64,000 bases of DNA from Octopus sinensis. Its lineage: Eukaryota. The stretch is from contig NC_043002.1 in the NCBI RefSeq assembly GCF_006345805.1, forward strand, positions 33,046,001 through 33,110,000, written 5' to 3'. The translations under genes were made by a program, and so were the position numbers. A model generated the notes under the pieces. The model was not told the DNA's origin, made no database searches, and worked only from the letters and a program-made list of their open reading frames with translations. Numbering within the stretch: the stretch's first letter is position 1; every line of letters begins with the position of its first letter. Of the stretch, positions 1 to 15,569 are shown piece by piece.

Positions 1-3
1 TAA

Positions 4-215
4 AGGCGATGAGCTGTCAGAATTATTAGAGCGTCGGAAGAAACGCCTTGGGGTATCTGTCCGGGTTCTTTATATTCTATTCAAGTACTGTCGAGCTCCG
101 CTTTGCCGTTCATCCTTCCGCGGTTGATATAACATGTGGTAATCAAATGCTCTGTTGATGGTATCGACTAACTTTTTCCCGTTAAAATTACTGGCCTTGT
201 ATCTGAGTCAGATCA
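4..215 (+). mobile_element. Decayed tRNA-derived SINE, family A
   Basis: Remnants of ggcgagctggcagaa...gcctttcatcctttcgggg...ggccttgt, similar to the cleaner copy at 45511-45720. Confidence 0.6.
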
Positions 216-246
216 TTACGTCTTTGTTGTTGTTGTTGTTGTTCTT

Positions 247-1030
<784 letters not shown>

Positions 1031-1069
1031 ACAATAATAATAATAAAGAAATCATTAGTATTATTACTA

Positions 1070-1100
<31 letters not shown>

Positions 1101-1124
1101 CATTATTATTATTATTATTATCAA

Positions 1125-1340
1125 AGTGACGAGCTGGCAGAACCGTTAACATGTCGGACAAAATGCTTAGCGACATTTTTTCTGCCTATGACTTCTAAGT
1201 TGAAATTCCGCCGAGGTTGATTTACCTTTAATCCTTTCGGGGCCAAAAAAATAAGCACCAGTTAAGCACTGGTGTTGATGTAAGCTATAAAAACTTCCCC
1301 AAAAATTCCAAGAAGCCTTGTACCTACAGCAGAAGGAATT
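1125..1340 (+). mobile_element. tRNA-derived SINE, family A (a further decayed copy follows at about 1520-1740)
   Basis: gagctggcagaaccgttaac...aaattccgccgaggttga...cctttcgggg, matching other family A copies. Confidence 0.75.
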
Positions 1341-1368
1341 ATTACAATTGTTGATGTTGATGATGACG

Positions 1369-1403
<35 letters not shown>

Positions 1404-1985
1404 CTTCTTCTTCTTCTTCTTCTTCTTCTTCTTCTTCTTCTTCTTCTTCTTCTTCTTCTTCTTCTTTTTCTTCTTCTTCTTCTTCTTCTTACTGCTGCTG
1501 CTGTAACTGTTTTTGCTATTTTGCAGTGTGGATTGGTAAAATTTTTAGAGCGTCAGAGAATAAGACTTGTGGTACTTAGTTACGATACTTTACTTTGTTC
1601 AAATTATGTCGAGGTCGACTTTGCTTTTCATTTTTCCCGATTCGATAACACAAATTAAAAGTCATGTATTCGGTCAATATAATCGGTCATTACCTCCTCT
1701 CACATCTGCTGACGTTGTGTCTAAATTAGAACCTATCAGTTATAATACCTTATTTCATTTCTATTCTGTTATAGTGTAATCGTAGGTAGAAGGAAGACAG
1801 AAGGTAGAAATAAGTAGCTTCAGAGATGATGAGGAGAATGGAAACATAAGATGTTAAGGTGAGATGAAATGAAAATTGATAGGCGAACAAAAATGAGGGA
1901 GGAGTAAAAGAGGGAGAAAAATCAGGAAGGAAAATAAAGAAAGAAAAGCAAATAACGAAAGGGAGATAGAATGTTAGAGAATATT

Positions 1986-2320
1986 TAAAGACTTTAAAAG
2001 ACTCCGCCGGTTACGACGACGAGGGTCCCAGCTGATACGATCAACGGAACAGCTTGCTCGTGAAATTAACGTGCAAATGGCTGAGCATTCCACAGACACG
2101 TGTACCCTTAACGTAGTTCTCGGGGATAATCAGCGTGACACAGAGAGTGACAAGGCTGACCCTTTGAAATACAAGTACAACTCATTTTTGCCAGCTGAGT
2201 AGACTGGAGCAACGTGAAATAAAGTGTCTTGCTCAAGGACACAACGCGTCGCCGGGAATCGAACTCACAACCTTACGATCATGAGCCGAATGCCCTAACC
2301 ACTAAGCCACGCGCCCTCAC
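1986..2320 (-). mobile_element. tRNA-derived SINE, family B, with an 11-bp TSD
   Basis: Minus-strand head gcgcgtggcttagtggttagg...gagttcgattccc (A and B boxes) and body gtccttgagcaagacac. TSD tagagaatatt at 1975-1985 and 2321-2331. Confidence 0.85.
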
Positions 2321-2477
2321 TAGAGAATATTAGAATAATGGAAGAGACAGTCCGAATTCCAAGTTTAAGAAAACTATTTTCACTCACATTCACACGTATG
2401 CTAACACATACACACTAACATATCCCTGCTTACACACAAAAAGATGTACACACAAAAAAAAAACTGTGTGCGTGTGT

Positions 2478-2522
<45 letters not shown>

Positions 2523-2586
2523 TAAATATATACATACACACACACATATATGTATGTATATATATATATATATATAATAAACAAAG

Positions 2587-2830
2587 GAGCCCTTTTAAAG
2601 CCTAGCCAGGCTCATGGGTCCGGTTTCCCGGTTTCTATGGCGTATGTGTTCTCCAGTTGGACGGGACGCCAGTCCATCGCAGCGTTACTCATTTTTGCAG
2701 CTGAGTGGACTGGAGCAACGTGAAATGAAATGTTTTGCTCAAGAACACAACGCGTCGCCCGGTCCAGGAATCGAAACCACAATCTTACGATCATGGTACT
2801 GACACCCTATCCACTAAGCCACGCGCCTCC
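2587..2830 (-). mobile_element. tRNA-derived SINE, family B, with a different 3' tail (a decayed copy also lies at about 12860-13020)
   Basis: Head and body are shared with 1986-2320; the tail differs. Confidence 0.8.
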
Positions 2831-2856
2831 ACACACACACACACATACACACGCAC

Positions 2857-2900
<44 letters not shown>

Positions 2901-2901
<1 letters not shown>

Positions 2902-3394
2902 AAAAAATTTTCCCGAAAAAAATTTTATCCTACATTAGTTATATATATATATATAACTAATGTAGGATAAAAAATTTTTCGGGAAAAAATTCTTTTTTCT
3001 CCCGAAAAAAATTTTATCCTACATTAGTTATAAATTGAATAGTGTTCACTTCCGGATTCTCTCACTCTGTGAAAGTTTCTAGTTCGAATCACACGTGTCT
3101 CGAGATGTGCCGAAGATTTTCTATTTTGGATATATTTGGGGTGCTCAGGATTTAGTGCTTGCTTTTTCCATGCGTATGAGTAAGTATTTCACTTATATCT
3201 CACGTATTTATCGCTGAAGAGGGGAAAATTCTTATGAATTAACCCCGAAATTGGGACCAATACGATAATAACGGATTTTTTAAGAAATTTGTATCGGTTT
3301 GTTTCGCGACGCATAAATTATAATGGTTATTGACAATTTTTGTCTTTTTTTCGGCATATTTGGCATTAGAATTTTTCTTTTGCCCTTATCTTGT

Positions 3395-3398
<4 letters not shown>
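2901..3398 (+). mobile_element. Penelope-like terminal fragment in (TA)n, with a 5' fold-back and a hammerhead motif
   Basis: Segment cccgaaaaaaattttatcctacattagtta occurs forward, reverse, forward (about 2905-3032). The fragment contains the HHR at 3208-3268 and is flanked by (TA)n. Confidence 0.6.
3208..3268 (+). ncRNA. Type I hammerhead ribozyme with an apparently intact core
   Basis: UUAUCG-CUGAAGA-GGGG(aa AAUUC uuau GAAUU aa)CCCC-GAA-AUUGG ga CCAAU-A-CGAUAA. All conserved core nucleotides are present and helices I-III pair. Confidence 0.8.
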
Positions 3399-3430
<32 letters not shown>

Positions 3431-3459
3431 CATACATACATACATACATACATACATAC

Positions 3460-3513
<54 letters not shown>

Positions 3514-4272
3514 ATATATAAATGTGATTCTTTTGGTAACGGCAAATTTTGAAGCAGTTGAAGCTACATCTAAATATTGGGTAAAAAGCAAGAAAAAAAA
3601 TCGAGTGCTTCAAGCACTGACCTGACACACTATTGCCTCCGAACACATTGCTTAAATAGCCACAGCATACAGCAGTGCTAAGTTAATGGACATACCAATT
3701 TACATATTAGACGCATTCCTAGGGCTGACATGTAAACATTAAAGAATTGTATGATGCAACAGTGGGTTAGAGGAGTGCTGAAAAAAGGGCAACAACTTTC
3801 GAAATATGGCGTACACACTCATTACCCAGTTTTTTTTCCGCGGTCACATTGTCCGTTTACATCTGATGTGTCGATATGAAAAGTGCAGACTATAAGTTCT
3901 ATAGACCTATAGAAATAACTTTAACAAAATACCATTGTTGTGTTCAATGAAAGCTGAACTGGATCGAAACAACAGTGATTTTGGACAGTGATAACGATGG
4001 TAACAAACACCACAACAACGACAAAAACAGAATTTTGAAAGTGTCAAATGTTTTCTTCAATTTTGTCTGAAGCCACAAAAACTTTACAAAAGCTTGATTA
4101 TCTGTCACTAAGATGATAAAGAATGTCACTGCTGCTGCTGCTGCTGCTGTTGTTGTGGTTATTGTTGTTGCTACCGTTATTGCAATTGTTGTTAAATTGT
4201 TGTTGCTGTTGCTGTTGTTGTTGTTGTTAGTAGTAGTAGTAGTATAGTAGTAGTAGTAGTAGTAGCAGCAAC

Positions 4273-4308
<36 letters not shown>

Positions 4309-4967
4309 CGTGGTTGTGATGGTTGTGAACATGGGGTTGTAGTAGTTGCAGTAGTAGTGGTGGTGCTGGTGGTGGTGGTTGTGGTGGTAGTAGTAGCAGT
4401 AGTAGCAGTAGTAGTAGTGGGGGTGCTGGTGGTGGTGGTGGTGGTGGTGGTGGTGGTGGTGGTGGTTGTGCGTTGTGTTAGCTCCAAGGCAGACCTCATA
4501 CTCTTGTGCAGTGAACGTTAGATAAACAACATTCCATCCGTTGTATTCTAATCATTTTTCAGACTTGAGTATCTAAGATACATTATCTAACATCTCTTAT
4601 CTGTTAAAAACGGTAGGTTGTGATGTAGGAGAGATTTAGCTTCTATTTCACGCTGTTCCTACAATCACGTACAGTTTATGTTTATATTGTTGTAAGAAAA
4701 TGAGCTGAAAAAAACTACTCAGAACGGACGTTGGCATGTACAGTTAAACATAAAGGCAAATACAAGTATAATAAACACCGTACATGATAAATTTGGGATT
4801 TATTGACATTATCTTCACTTCCAAAGACAATTAGCGACTACTTGGTGACAAACGACTCACACACGCATATGCATACACAATCGTATATATAACCTCTTTA
4901 TAACATAGTGAGTATCTAGGACATATTATAGAGTTTATCTAGCATGTAATATATAGTTATATATTGA

Positions 4968-5178
4968 CTTGAAATTTTGGCACATGAACAACAATTTCGG
5001 AGGAGCGGGTAGGTCGATTACATCGACCCCAGAGCTCAACTGGTACTTATTTTATTGACAGCGAATAGATGTAAGGCAAAGTCGACCACAGTGGAATTTC
5101 AACTCAGAATTTAAAGACGGACGAAATGCCGCTAAGCATTTCGCCCGGCGTGTTAACGATTCTGACAGATCGACGCCC
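4968..5178 (-). mobile_element. tRNA-derived SINE, family A
   Basis: Reverse-complement match to the family A copies (gaactcagaa...gacgaaatgccgctaagcatttcgcccggcg). Confidence 0.8.
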
Positions 5179-5339
5179 TTATATATAGTTATATATTTAA
5201 CTGATGTTATTATCTTAAAGTTACTTTGAGACAAAGAACGGAACATTTATTCATGGGATGACTCAATATTGGAAACAGAATAGAATTTATTATAATATTC
5301 GTGTTGACTAACATTTCAAATATTTGAATAACGTTTTAA

Positions 5340-6002
5340 TATAAAAGTGTCATCATTCTTGTTTCGTTTCAGTGATCTGTCGGTAGCTTTGACTGAAGAG
5401 TCAGAAATAAGTCAAAACAACAGGGGTTAATTATATTCACTTTTAAATTTGTATTAATGTATTAAGAATCAATATATACATGACAGCATTTTGAATCTGG
5501 TTTTTTTCTGTGCACATGGCAATTTATTATTTGTTTGACAGACATCAGTACGCATCAAAATTAATTTGTTTGCTGAACTCTATAAACAAGAGCTACCATT
5601 CTTGTTTAGTTTCTTTGATTCGATGATAGTATTGACTGGAGTGACAGAACTAGGTCGAAACACTAATATCCCTTGTACCAATAAATCAAGTGTGTTGTCA
5701 ACGCGCATTGTCTAAAAGGAGATGTTTACCGAAGACTAATACATCAGCGATTAACCATTCACGTTCAAATCTGCCGGAACGTATTAAGAATGAAAGTGTA
5801 AGTCATCGTTTTGATTCTCGCTCTTCTCTGTGCACGTGATAATTTATTAAATCATAAAAATCTATTGCTTCATTATCCCATAAATGAATAGTTATCGTGT
5901 CTTTTGATTGAAGAGACAACAAAGTCAAAACACCGGTGTCTCAAATGTCCCTTACAACAATGAATCGAATGTGTTGTGAACACACATTACTTGAAAAGAT
6001 TA
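5340..6002 (+). repeat. Decayed tandem array (three units, about 240-320 bp) with one hammerhead-like motif per unit
   Basis: HHR-like cores at about 5389, 5632 and 5903. The blocks cattcttgttt, gtattaagaat...ctgtgcac...aatttatta and ccctt...tgtgttgt each recur. Confidence 0.6.
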
Positions 6003-6335
6003 TTATTGTTGTAGAGTAGGGTGTGAGAATTGCTCAGACTGCACAAGGTAGCGATTTTATGCACGCGTGTTTACTGTATCAAGGTGTGTTAAATTTAAGG
6101 AAGAGGGTGGCCAATATTATTATTGTACAGGAAAACCGAAAATTGAACAAATTTACCAATGTTTATTTGATTCCATTACTGGCTGAAAATTTTTAATAAA
6201 TTAAATCTGCCAACATTATGAAGTAACTTCGAGCACTCAGAAACAGCTATCAGACTTGTAACGCATTCTACCCTCTAATTCTTTGAATCTATGTAATCTG
6301 AGAAAGTTTGCTATATTAATATATATATATATATA

Positions 6336-6366
<31 letters not shown>

Positions 6367-6918
6367 GAGTGAGAGAGCAGTTCATGCCATCAAAGTGACA
6401 CTGGGGTAAAATATACGAAGCCCAATATACCCATCATGACTACCCGTCTGATAAAGGTACACCAGGCACATGCATCACAACCATATGTGCGCGACATGGT
6501 GATCTCATATCAAGATAAACAGCACATGACCTTGCAGGTGGGGCCCAGTTAGAATTTTCTTCAGGTTGAGTAGCCCATCCCGCTCAAACGGTCCTGAATA
6601 AGGGTTGCTTAAGGATGTTGAAAGAACCACCCATGTTTCCAGAGGTGAACTATTCAAACCCCAAAGAATCCCTCTCAACACATGGCTATGATGCTCCCCC
6701 ACTACTTCTGCTCGTGATCAGAGATGCACATATCGTCAGCCACTAAGGGACATGCTCAACTGGTTAAGGTCAAACAACTGACAAGCAAATCTGTGGTATT
6801 GAGCAGAATATTTGCTGTAGCCCATCTTTTATACCAAGACAAAACAATGTACATGATAACACTTCCAATCAGTTAAGATCAGAAGCCATGAGAGCCACTG
6901 CCTGGTACTGCATCAGGG

Positions 6919-6920
<2 letters not shown>
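6367..6920 (-). mobile_element. 555-bp (TAA)n-associated retroposon, copy 2 (full length)
   Basis: Same ends as 346-900, only a few substitutions and one indel, and (TTA)n on both sides. Confidence 0.85.
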
Positions 6921-6955
<35 letters not shown>

Positions 6956-7357
6956 TATTATTATTATTATTATTTATAAGAAATAATAATATTACTGTAT
7001 TAGTGGCCGCAAGCATAAAAACCATATAGGAAAATTAATAAATATATATGAAAATATATATAATTTGGGTTCTAAGAAGCACCAGCTTTGCTAAAAATAG
7101 GGGTCATAGAAACTCCGAAGCCACAGAAATTATCACTCAATTTTTACAGGCATTGGGAAAAAAAATCTAAATGAATAAGAATTGTCTCTTACCTCTGCAA
7201 GATTGCAAAAGGAATGGCAGTTAACCTGGTATAATGATTTCGATCTTAGTGCTAAAAAGCACTTGATTAGCTGCTATTTCTTTCGCAATCTTGTATGTAT
7301 GTAAGTATGTATGTATGTATGTATGTATGTATGTATGTATGTATGTATGTATGTATA

Positions 7358-8644
<1,287 letters not shown>

Positions 8645-9325
8645 TGCACACCTTTCAGTGCAATGTAAGCCAGAAGGGTTGTAAATCAAACGGAGGCCAT
8701 TTTAAGATCCACAATGATTAGAACTTATCTGCAGCTCTTGGTGGTCCAAATCGGATATGCGATCTATGTGGGTGTCATTTCAAAATATTGTCCGGTTTAA
8801 AAAGCCACTCATCAGATGCCCTGATGCTTTTAAGGTGTAGGTACAGAAGGTGGTCAAACTCTGCATAAGGAGTAGATAACCACCATATATATACATATAT
8901 ATATACATCTGGAAATTTTATGTTTGCCTTCTCTCTTTACATGTATACTTGTATATACATTTTGAATATTTTAGCCCAAGATTTTATCTGTTTATTTGAT
9001 TCATTGTCTCTATATTTACTCACTTAGATTCTCCATATAGCTACTCCCTTCTCTCCTGATATGATCCTCGGTAAAGATATTGGAGTGTAAGTTCAAATCA
9101 TTGGTTCTACTAAGTGTTTTTGATATTGAGATTCTCTCGACCTCATCTGTTGACTATATATATGTGTGTGTGTGTGTGCACGTGTGTATGTATGTATGCA
9201 TGCATGCATGCATATATGTATGTATGCATACATATATGTATAAATGCACGTATTTATATATGTGTGTATGTGAAATAAATAGATAGAAAAGAAAGACAGA
9301 CAGGGAGACAGGGAGATAGGCCGAC

Positions 9326-9402
<77 letters not shown>

Positions 9403-9826
9403 TAGATAGATAGATAGATAGTACTTAAAGACCTTAGTGAATCGAATACCGATTGACCTTTGTCCAAAAGGAAAAAGAGCTTAGAAAAAAGTGGGGAAAG
9501 AGAGAGAGAGGGAGAGAGGGAGTATAGACAAGAGAGCTTAGGAAACAACGAGAAAACAGGCGAAGATTGCTTCGGTCGTCGCTGCCACACTCGGATTATA
9601 CACACAAGCTAACAGAAGAAATGCTTATAATCCTGAAGACACAGAAGAATTCCTAACAATTCGATTGTATGAGGTATCAGAAAAAGACAGAGCTTGCAAC
9701 AACTTAAATTACCAGCTGCAATTTCTGCCTCGAACAAAGCATGTCTGGTATTTATTTCATTTCAGGAAAAATCTCAAAAAGAATGTAATTACTACAAGAT
9801 CGGATTTTAAAAAATGCTTCCCTTAC

Positions 9827-9984
9827 CTGACAGTGATGTTGTTGAATCGTGCATTGTTGAATTGGAAGTGTTTTAGAACCTCTTAGACAAGGGTCGCTTG
9901 ATTGCCAGTACTTCTTGAAAGCTGTTGAACAAGCATAACAGCTATGCATCAATGTCTTGTTAGGCGTTAGACTTTGAGAATTCG
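9827..9984 (-). CDS. Internal exon of the Ly6/uPAR (three-finger, quiver/sleepless-like) protein
   Basis: Acceptor ttttctaatttacAG and donor CAG|GTAAGG bound 158 nt (phase 1 to phase 0) encoding (A)NSQSLTPNKTLMHSCYACSTAFKKYWQSSDPCLRGSKTLPIQQCTIQQHHCQ. The CYxC...DPC...C...C spacing is typical of the N-terminal half of invertebrate LU domains. Later exon(s) were not found in the window. Confidence 0.75.
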
Positions 9985-11513
9985 CTGTAAATTAGAAAAT
10001 GCTGTCGATAAATTAAGTGAACATTTTCTCCAAAATTTTGGAAAATGGGTTGAAATCATTGATTAAAGAAGCGATGAAAAGATATATGCTGTTGGAAACG
10101 TGGTTTAGTAATGTGGTTTCGAACGTTTTGAGAAAGGAAGGAATGAAAGATGTAAATGTGTCAAAGATATAATAGCCCACAACCGCGGAACCAAAGAGTT
10201 CATATGAAATGAAGATAAGAACAAAGGAATACCTGACATCCAAAGATCAAAAGTAATTCCATCAATTAGTGTTAATAACAGATTAACCCAGGAGTTAAAG
10301 TAAAAGGAATAAAAGAATCGGTACCAACACACACATAAACGCATCCGCACACTCACACATACAGATACGTACACATACGATGAGTCGAATCATCGGATAA
10401 AGCGCATTGTGGTATCTAGTAACTACTTTTTACATTCTTAGTCAGAATCCTTGAGTAGGGTACATCATTTCACTTTGCTCCAGTTCCTTGGTTCAAAATG
10501 AGAACCAGCTGAGTACCAGCCTAGTTCTAGTGCTACCCTCCAGCTGTCACATATTTGATGCTCTGCTGGGTCAGTGCCTATGTGTGCTCGTGACCACACA
10601 GGCACCTAAAACAGCAACCAAGAGCATGGTACATGCCCCCACAACACTCGCTTGCGTTGACGGGTATGTTTGTTTTTTGTTTTTTATTTTAATGGGTTGG
10701 AATGCCATTTGTGGGTCTGAAACGATTTCACAGTAAAGTACCACAGTATATTTTTGTGCTATATAAATAAGTCTTAATGAATAATACAATAGTGTAGTGG
10801 GGAATAAGGGTTTCAGAGACTTTTAGAATAAGGAGTGGTAGAGGAAGGAAAGAGGAAATAGAGGAAGAAATCAAGCACTTAAAGTGTACGCGTAAAAAGG
10901 AAGGGATACTAGAAGCACTTTTCCTGGTATTACAACTAAACCTATATAGAAACTATCTGACTGACGAAAAAGGTATTATTTATTGTTTACATGTTATTAT
11001 TAGATTTATTATTGTTAACCACATTATGAGACTAAACAAAGCACCTTAACACAAATCACTGAATGAAGCTTGTCTGTGGTCCGTCTGTGACAGGCACTCC
11101 TATACAAATCAAATATCAAGTAACTACGGTATATCTATATATACATTAACATATAAAGAATCAATAATCCCTTTCGTAACAAAAATAGTTTCCATACTAG
11201 TCCTTCCTTATATCTCTCACGCTTTAAGTGTTCGTTATCTTGCTCTTATCATTAGCGCTTTCTCTTCCTCATTGTTCTATTTAAAACTTATATTTTCCGC
11301 ACAACCAATCAAACCATCCATAAAGACGGTTTTTTATATACCACAAAATATACTATTATATCACACCTACCTTGAAGCCAGATAACGATGTATAAGATTT
11401 GGTAAACCAAAGTAATTTACAGTCCGATTAAAGCTATACAACCAAAACTCAAAAGTAACTGCAAATCTTTTCTTTACCAAATATTTATATGCATATATAT
11501 ATATATATATATA

Positions 11514-11597
<84 letters not shown>

Positions 11598-11884
11598 TAT
11601 ATATATATGTATGTGTCTATGTATTTATATATGTATATAATATATATATATATATACACATACATATATAAATACATACACACACACATATATGTATATA
11701 TATATACATGCATATATGGGTACAGGACATAAAAATACGTTGAACACAATGAGAAATGAAAACATAAAACAAAAACATAGAAAGGAACTTTTTTCAAACA
11801 ACGAAAAAACAGAGAAACAAGACATACAACACAAGAAATATCCCCCTTCTTCAGTTGTCCCTGTTTCATCTACTCTGCGTTTCG

Positions 11885-11973
<89 letters not shown>

Positions 11974-12680
11974 AATGAGCTTTCGCCCAGTTTATGCCTA
12001 CCAAATTCACTCACAAGCAGGCTCCATATCACCCCAAAACTATACATTATCGCTTTCTTTAAAAATCTGGCAGATCAAGTAAGATAATACCAAGCTAGAT
12101 ACGTTATATCAGGAATAAAAAGGAGGTGCTCCCTATTAAGATGTTTTTAATCGTTGCTTTACTGGAATGAGGAACTGAACAAGGGCCAAACAACAACATA
12201 CGCGTATATACACAATCAATTATATATACTTAAATATATAATATGAAGATGAGTGAATAAGGGAAAACTCATGGTCGTTCGACTTGCTAGTAATTGCAAC
12301 CAACAATCACCCTGAGTCACAACGTCTTTAAGTAAGAGGAAAAAGACATGCTGGGTAATGTAGCGCAGGATATGCAAGACGAGTAATATGGTCACGGCTG
12401 GAGTTCCTTTAAACACGGGTCTACTTGATTTAGGCTGATTCTGAACTTGACAACAGAAACATCGATAGGTACTACAGACAACGACAGCAACAAACCCACG
12501 ACCATCAATGACATCGACAAAAACAACAGCAACAACAAAAACAACGGCAACATCAATGGTGGCAACAATAGCATATGGAAGTAGTCTCTTGTAGTCCGTG
12601 AAAGACGGTTCTGCAATTTTTTGCTGAACAATCTACAATAATGATTTTTTTATAACCATAAAATGTTTGTGCTGTACACT

Positions 12681-12810
<130 letters not shown>

Positions 12811-13235
12811 CATCAATCAATCCATCAATCAATCAATCTAATCGACATTGACTGTACAGGTGCACAGTGATCAACGCGTCGGATGTCGAAGTGATCTCAG
12901 AGTAGCGTAAGGTGAGATATTTTGCTCAAGAGCACAAAACACCACCCACTCCAAGAGTTGAAACCAGGATCTCGTGATCGTGAGTGCAACACCCTGATTA
13001 GGAAGCCATGCACCCTTACAAATAACATGTGGTATACAGAAAAACCAACAAATGTCATTTTCTAAGCTTGAAACTGCGTCATATTAATGTAGATTTCTAT
13101 CAGCTAGTGTAACAAACATGACACAATACTCTTCTGTAATTTTCTCCCACGTTGTCACACAAGCTTACATTACTTATATTTCTCTTCTAACTCGCAGTAT
13201 CAAGTGTTCTATTGTTTGAAGTTTTTAGATTACTA

Positions 13236-14524
13236 TTGGGTTGGCAACTAAGTTCCCGCCGTTTTTTTAAATTTAAATTTTTTAAAGGTTTAATAAAGAA
13301 TAACAACTAATTGATCAATAATGTATTCACTTTTGTTGTTTACACCTTCTTCCCAACGTTCAACAAATTTTCAATACCTCGTTGGTAGAAATCACCCGAT
13401 TTCGACTCGAAAAATTGATCCAACCAAGCTCTCAATTCTGTATCAGTATTGAACGAAACTCGGCGCATAACATTTGAAAGAGATCGAAAGAGGTGGAAAT
13501 CCGTTCGTGCCAAATCAGGAGAGTACGGCGGGAGTGGCATCACTTCCCAGCCATGCGTTTGAATGGCTTCCTTGGTCATATTGGCGATATGAGGGCAGGC
13601 GTTGTCGTGAAGCAGAAGAACTCCATGCTGCCGATTAGGTCTTTTCTCTTGAATATCAGTGTTGAGTCGTTCCATCTGTTGAACATACAGTCCTGCGTTG
13701 ACCGTTTAGTTCCATTCAAGTAATTCGTAATGGATAATCCCTTCCCAGTCCCACTATACGCACAACATCGTTTTACGCGGATGAAGATCTTGTTTCACGC
13801 GTGATGTCGCTTATTTACTTGGGCTAAGCCATCCCTTATGCTGCTTCATATTGATGTACAGGCACCATTTTTCGTTGCCAGTAACGATTCGGTAAAGAAA
13901 TCGTTGCTTGTGTCCATGAGTTGAGCGGTGACGAGCAAGCAAACCAGCGAAGATTGTGGCTCGTTGATTTTTGTTGCTGTCACTTAAAGCATGCGGAACC
14001 CATGCTCCATACTTCTGAATCTTTCCCATCGAGTGAAGATGCTTCTCTATAGCAGTGTGGGAGCATTTCATTTTCTCTGCCAGTTCCCTTGTCGTTTGAC
14101 GAGAATTTTCGTGCAAAAGTTGGTTTAATCGCTCTTCATCGAACTCAACTGGACGGCCAGAACGAGGTGCGTCTTTGAGGTCAAAATTTCCATTTTTGAA
14201 CTTGGCATACCAATCACGAGCGGTTCTTTCAGCTATGGCACCCTCTCCATACACAGCACAAATGTCGCGAGCAGCTTTTGCGGCCTTAGAACCTTGATTA
14301 AAAGCAAAAAGAAGGAGGTGTCGAAAATGCTCGGTTTTCTTAACTTGACATTCCAGTTTAATGATCTGAAAACAAACAAAAATTAACTAAAATTAACGAG
14401 AAAAAAAAAATAGATTCCAAAATGATTCAAAAATAGAATTCTCGAAAAAAATAGAATCCAAAATTTAAAAACGCAATAAATTCCAAAATTTAAATAAGCA
14501 GCGGGAACTTAGTTGCCAACCCAA
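13236..14524 (-). mobile_element. Full-length mariner transposon (mellifera-subfamily-like), 1289 bp
   Basis: Perfect 24-bp TIRs ttgggttggcaactaagttcccgc and a TA target duplication. Confidence 0.95.
13310..14356 (-). pseudogene. Mariner D,D34D transposase pseudogene
   Basis: Motifs WVPHAL, VTG(N)EKW, HDNACPH and YSPDLA. The start codon has mutated to CTG at 14356; there are several in-frame stops and a C-terminal frameshift. Confidence 0.9.
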
Positions 14525-14990
14525 TATTTATCTGCGCAAATCTTCACTAACGTCCCTGAAATTCACGTCTTTTAACAATAAAACTTGACGGGAAATACGT
14601 CAAAGATGTGTCCTGTATATTTAAATTATACTCTGAATAGTACGAAGTAATATTTCTATATTTCAAGGTACATCAAGTGTATATTTGAGAATAATACAAT
14701 AAAAATAGCGAATAATAATAATTCAATAAAAAAGAAGCACATATAGAAAATTTATGTAAGCAAACAGTAAAAAGAAAATGGGTGGAAAAGGAGTAAATTA
14801 TTAATAGAAATCAATAAAGAAATAAAGCAGAAGCATGCACATAATCCCAATTGCACTGGCATTTTCCATATGCACCCGACAATTATCCACGACTTAATAC
14901 AATAACAATAACTATTTTGTAGAACCAGCTTTCATTTCTTCCAATTTCTATCTCCTTTTCACTATGTGTATGTATGTGTGTTTGTGTGTG

Positions 14991-15062
<72 letters not shown>

Positions 15063-15089
15063 TGTGTGGAGTGCATGTTTGTATGTAAG

Positions 15090-15240
15090 CGCAGGCGTGA
15101 CTTTCTGGTAAGAAGTTTGCTTCCAAACCACATGGTTCCAGGCTAAGTCCCACTGAGTGGCATCTTCAGCTACTGTCTTCTACAATAGTCTCGGGTACGC
15201 TAAAGCCTGGTGAGTGAGTTTGGTAGACGGAAACTGAATA
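15090..15240 (+). mobile_element. 5' half of tRNA-derived SINE, family C
   Basis: Similar to the head of the full copy at 29540-29999 (ccacatggttcc...gtcccactg...ttggtagacggaaactga). Confidence 0.7.
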
Positions 15241-15245
15241 TATAC

Positions 15246-15314
<69 letters not shown>

Positions 15315-15529
15315 TTTTTTTTTTTTTGTTGAAATAGAAAGATAAATTTTCTTGTTACAGATTATTCAAAAGTTTAACCGATACCTGGGTAGCAAAAATC
15401 ACAGCAGAAAAAAGCACGGTTGGAGATAAGACCATTTGGTGTTGCAACCGTGCAATGTGTAGAATGTAATAAAAGGAATTCTGTACAATCTTCGTTCAAC
15501 TCCATTTCTTCCATTCACTAATAATATAT

Positions 15530-15562
<33 letters not shown>

Positions 15563-15569
15563 GCATATT

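Noticed and set aside
7193-7225. Phase-0 mini-exon candidate (VNCHSFCNLAE) for the Ly6-like gene
   Set aside because: Good donor but weak acceptor, and it does not fit the expected LU-domain cysteine spacing.
11830-11890. ctgaagaag / cgaaacg words suggesting a hammerhead (related sequence at about 20450-20500)
   Set aside because: The motifs are in permuted order and I could not build helices I and III.
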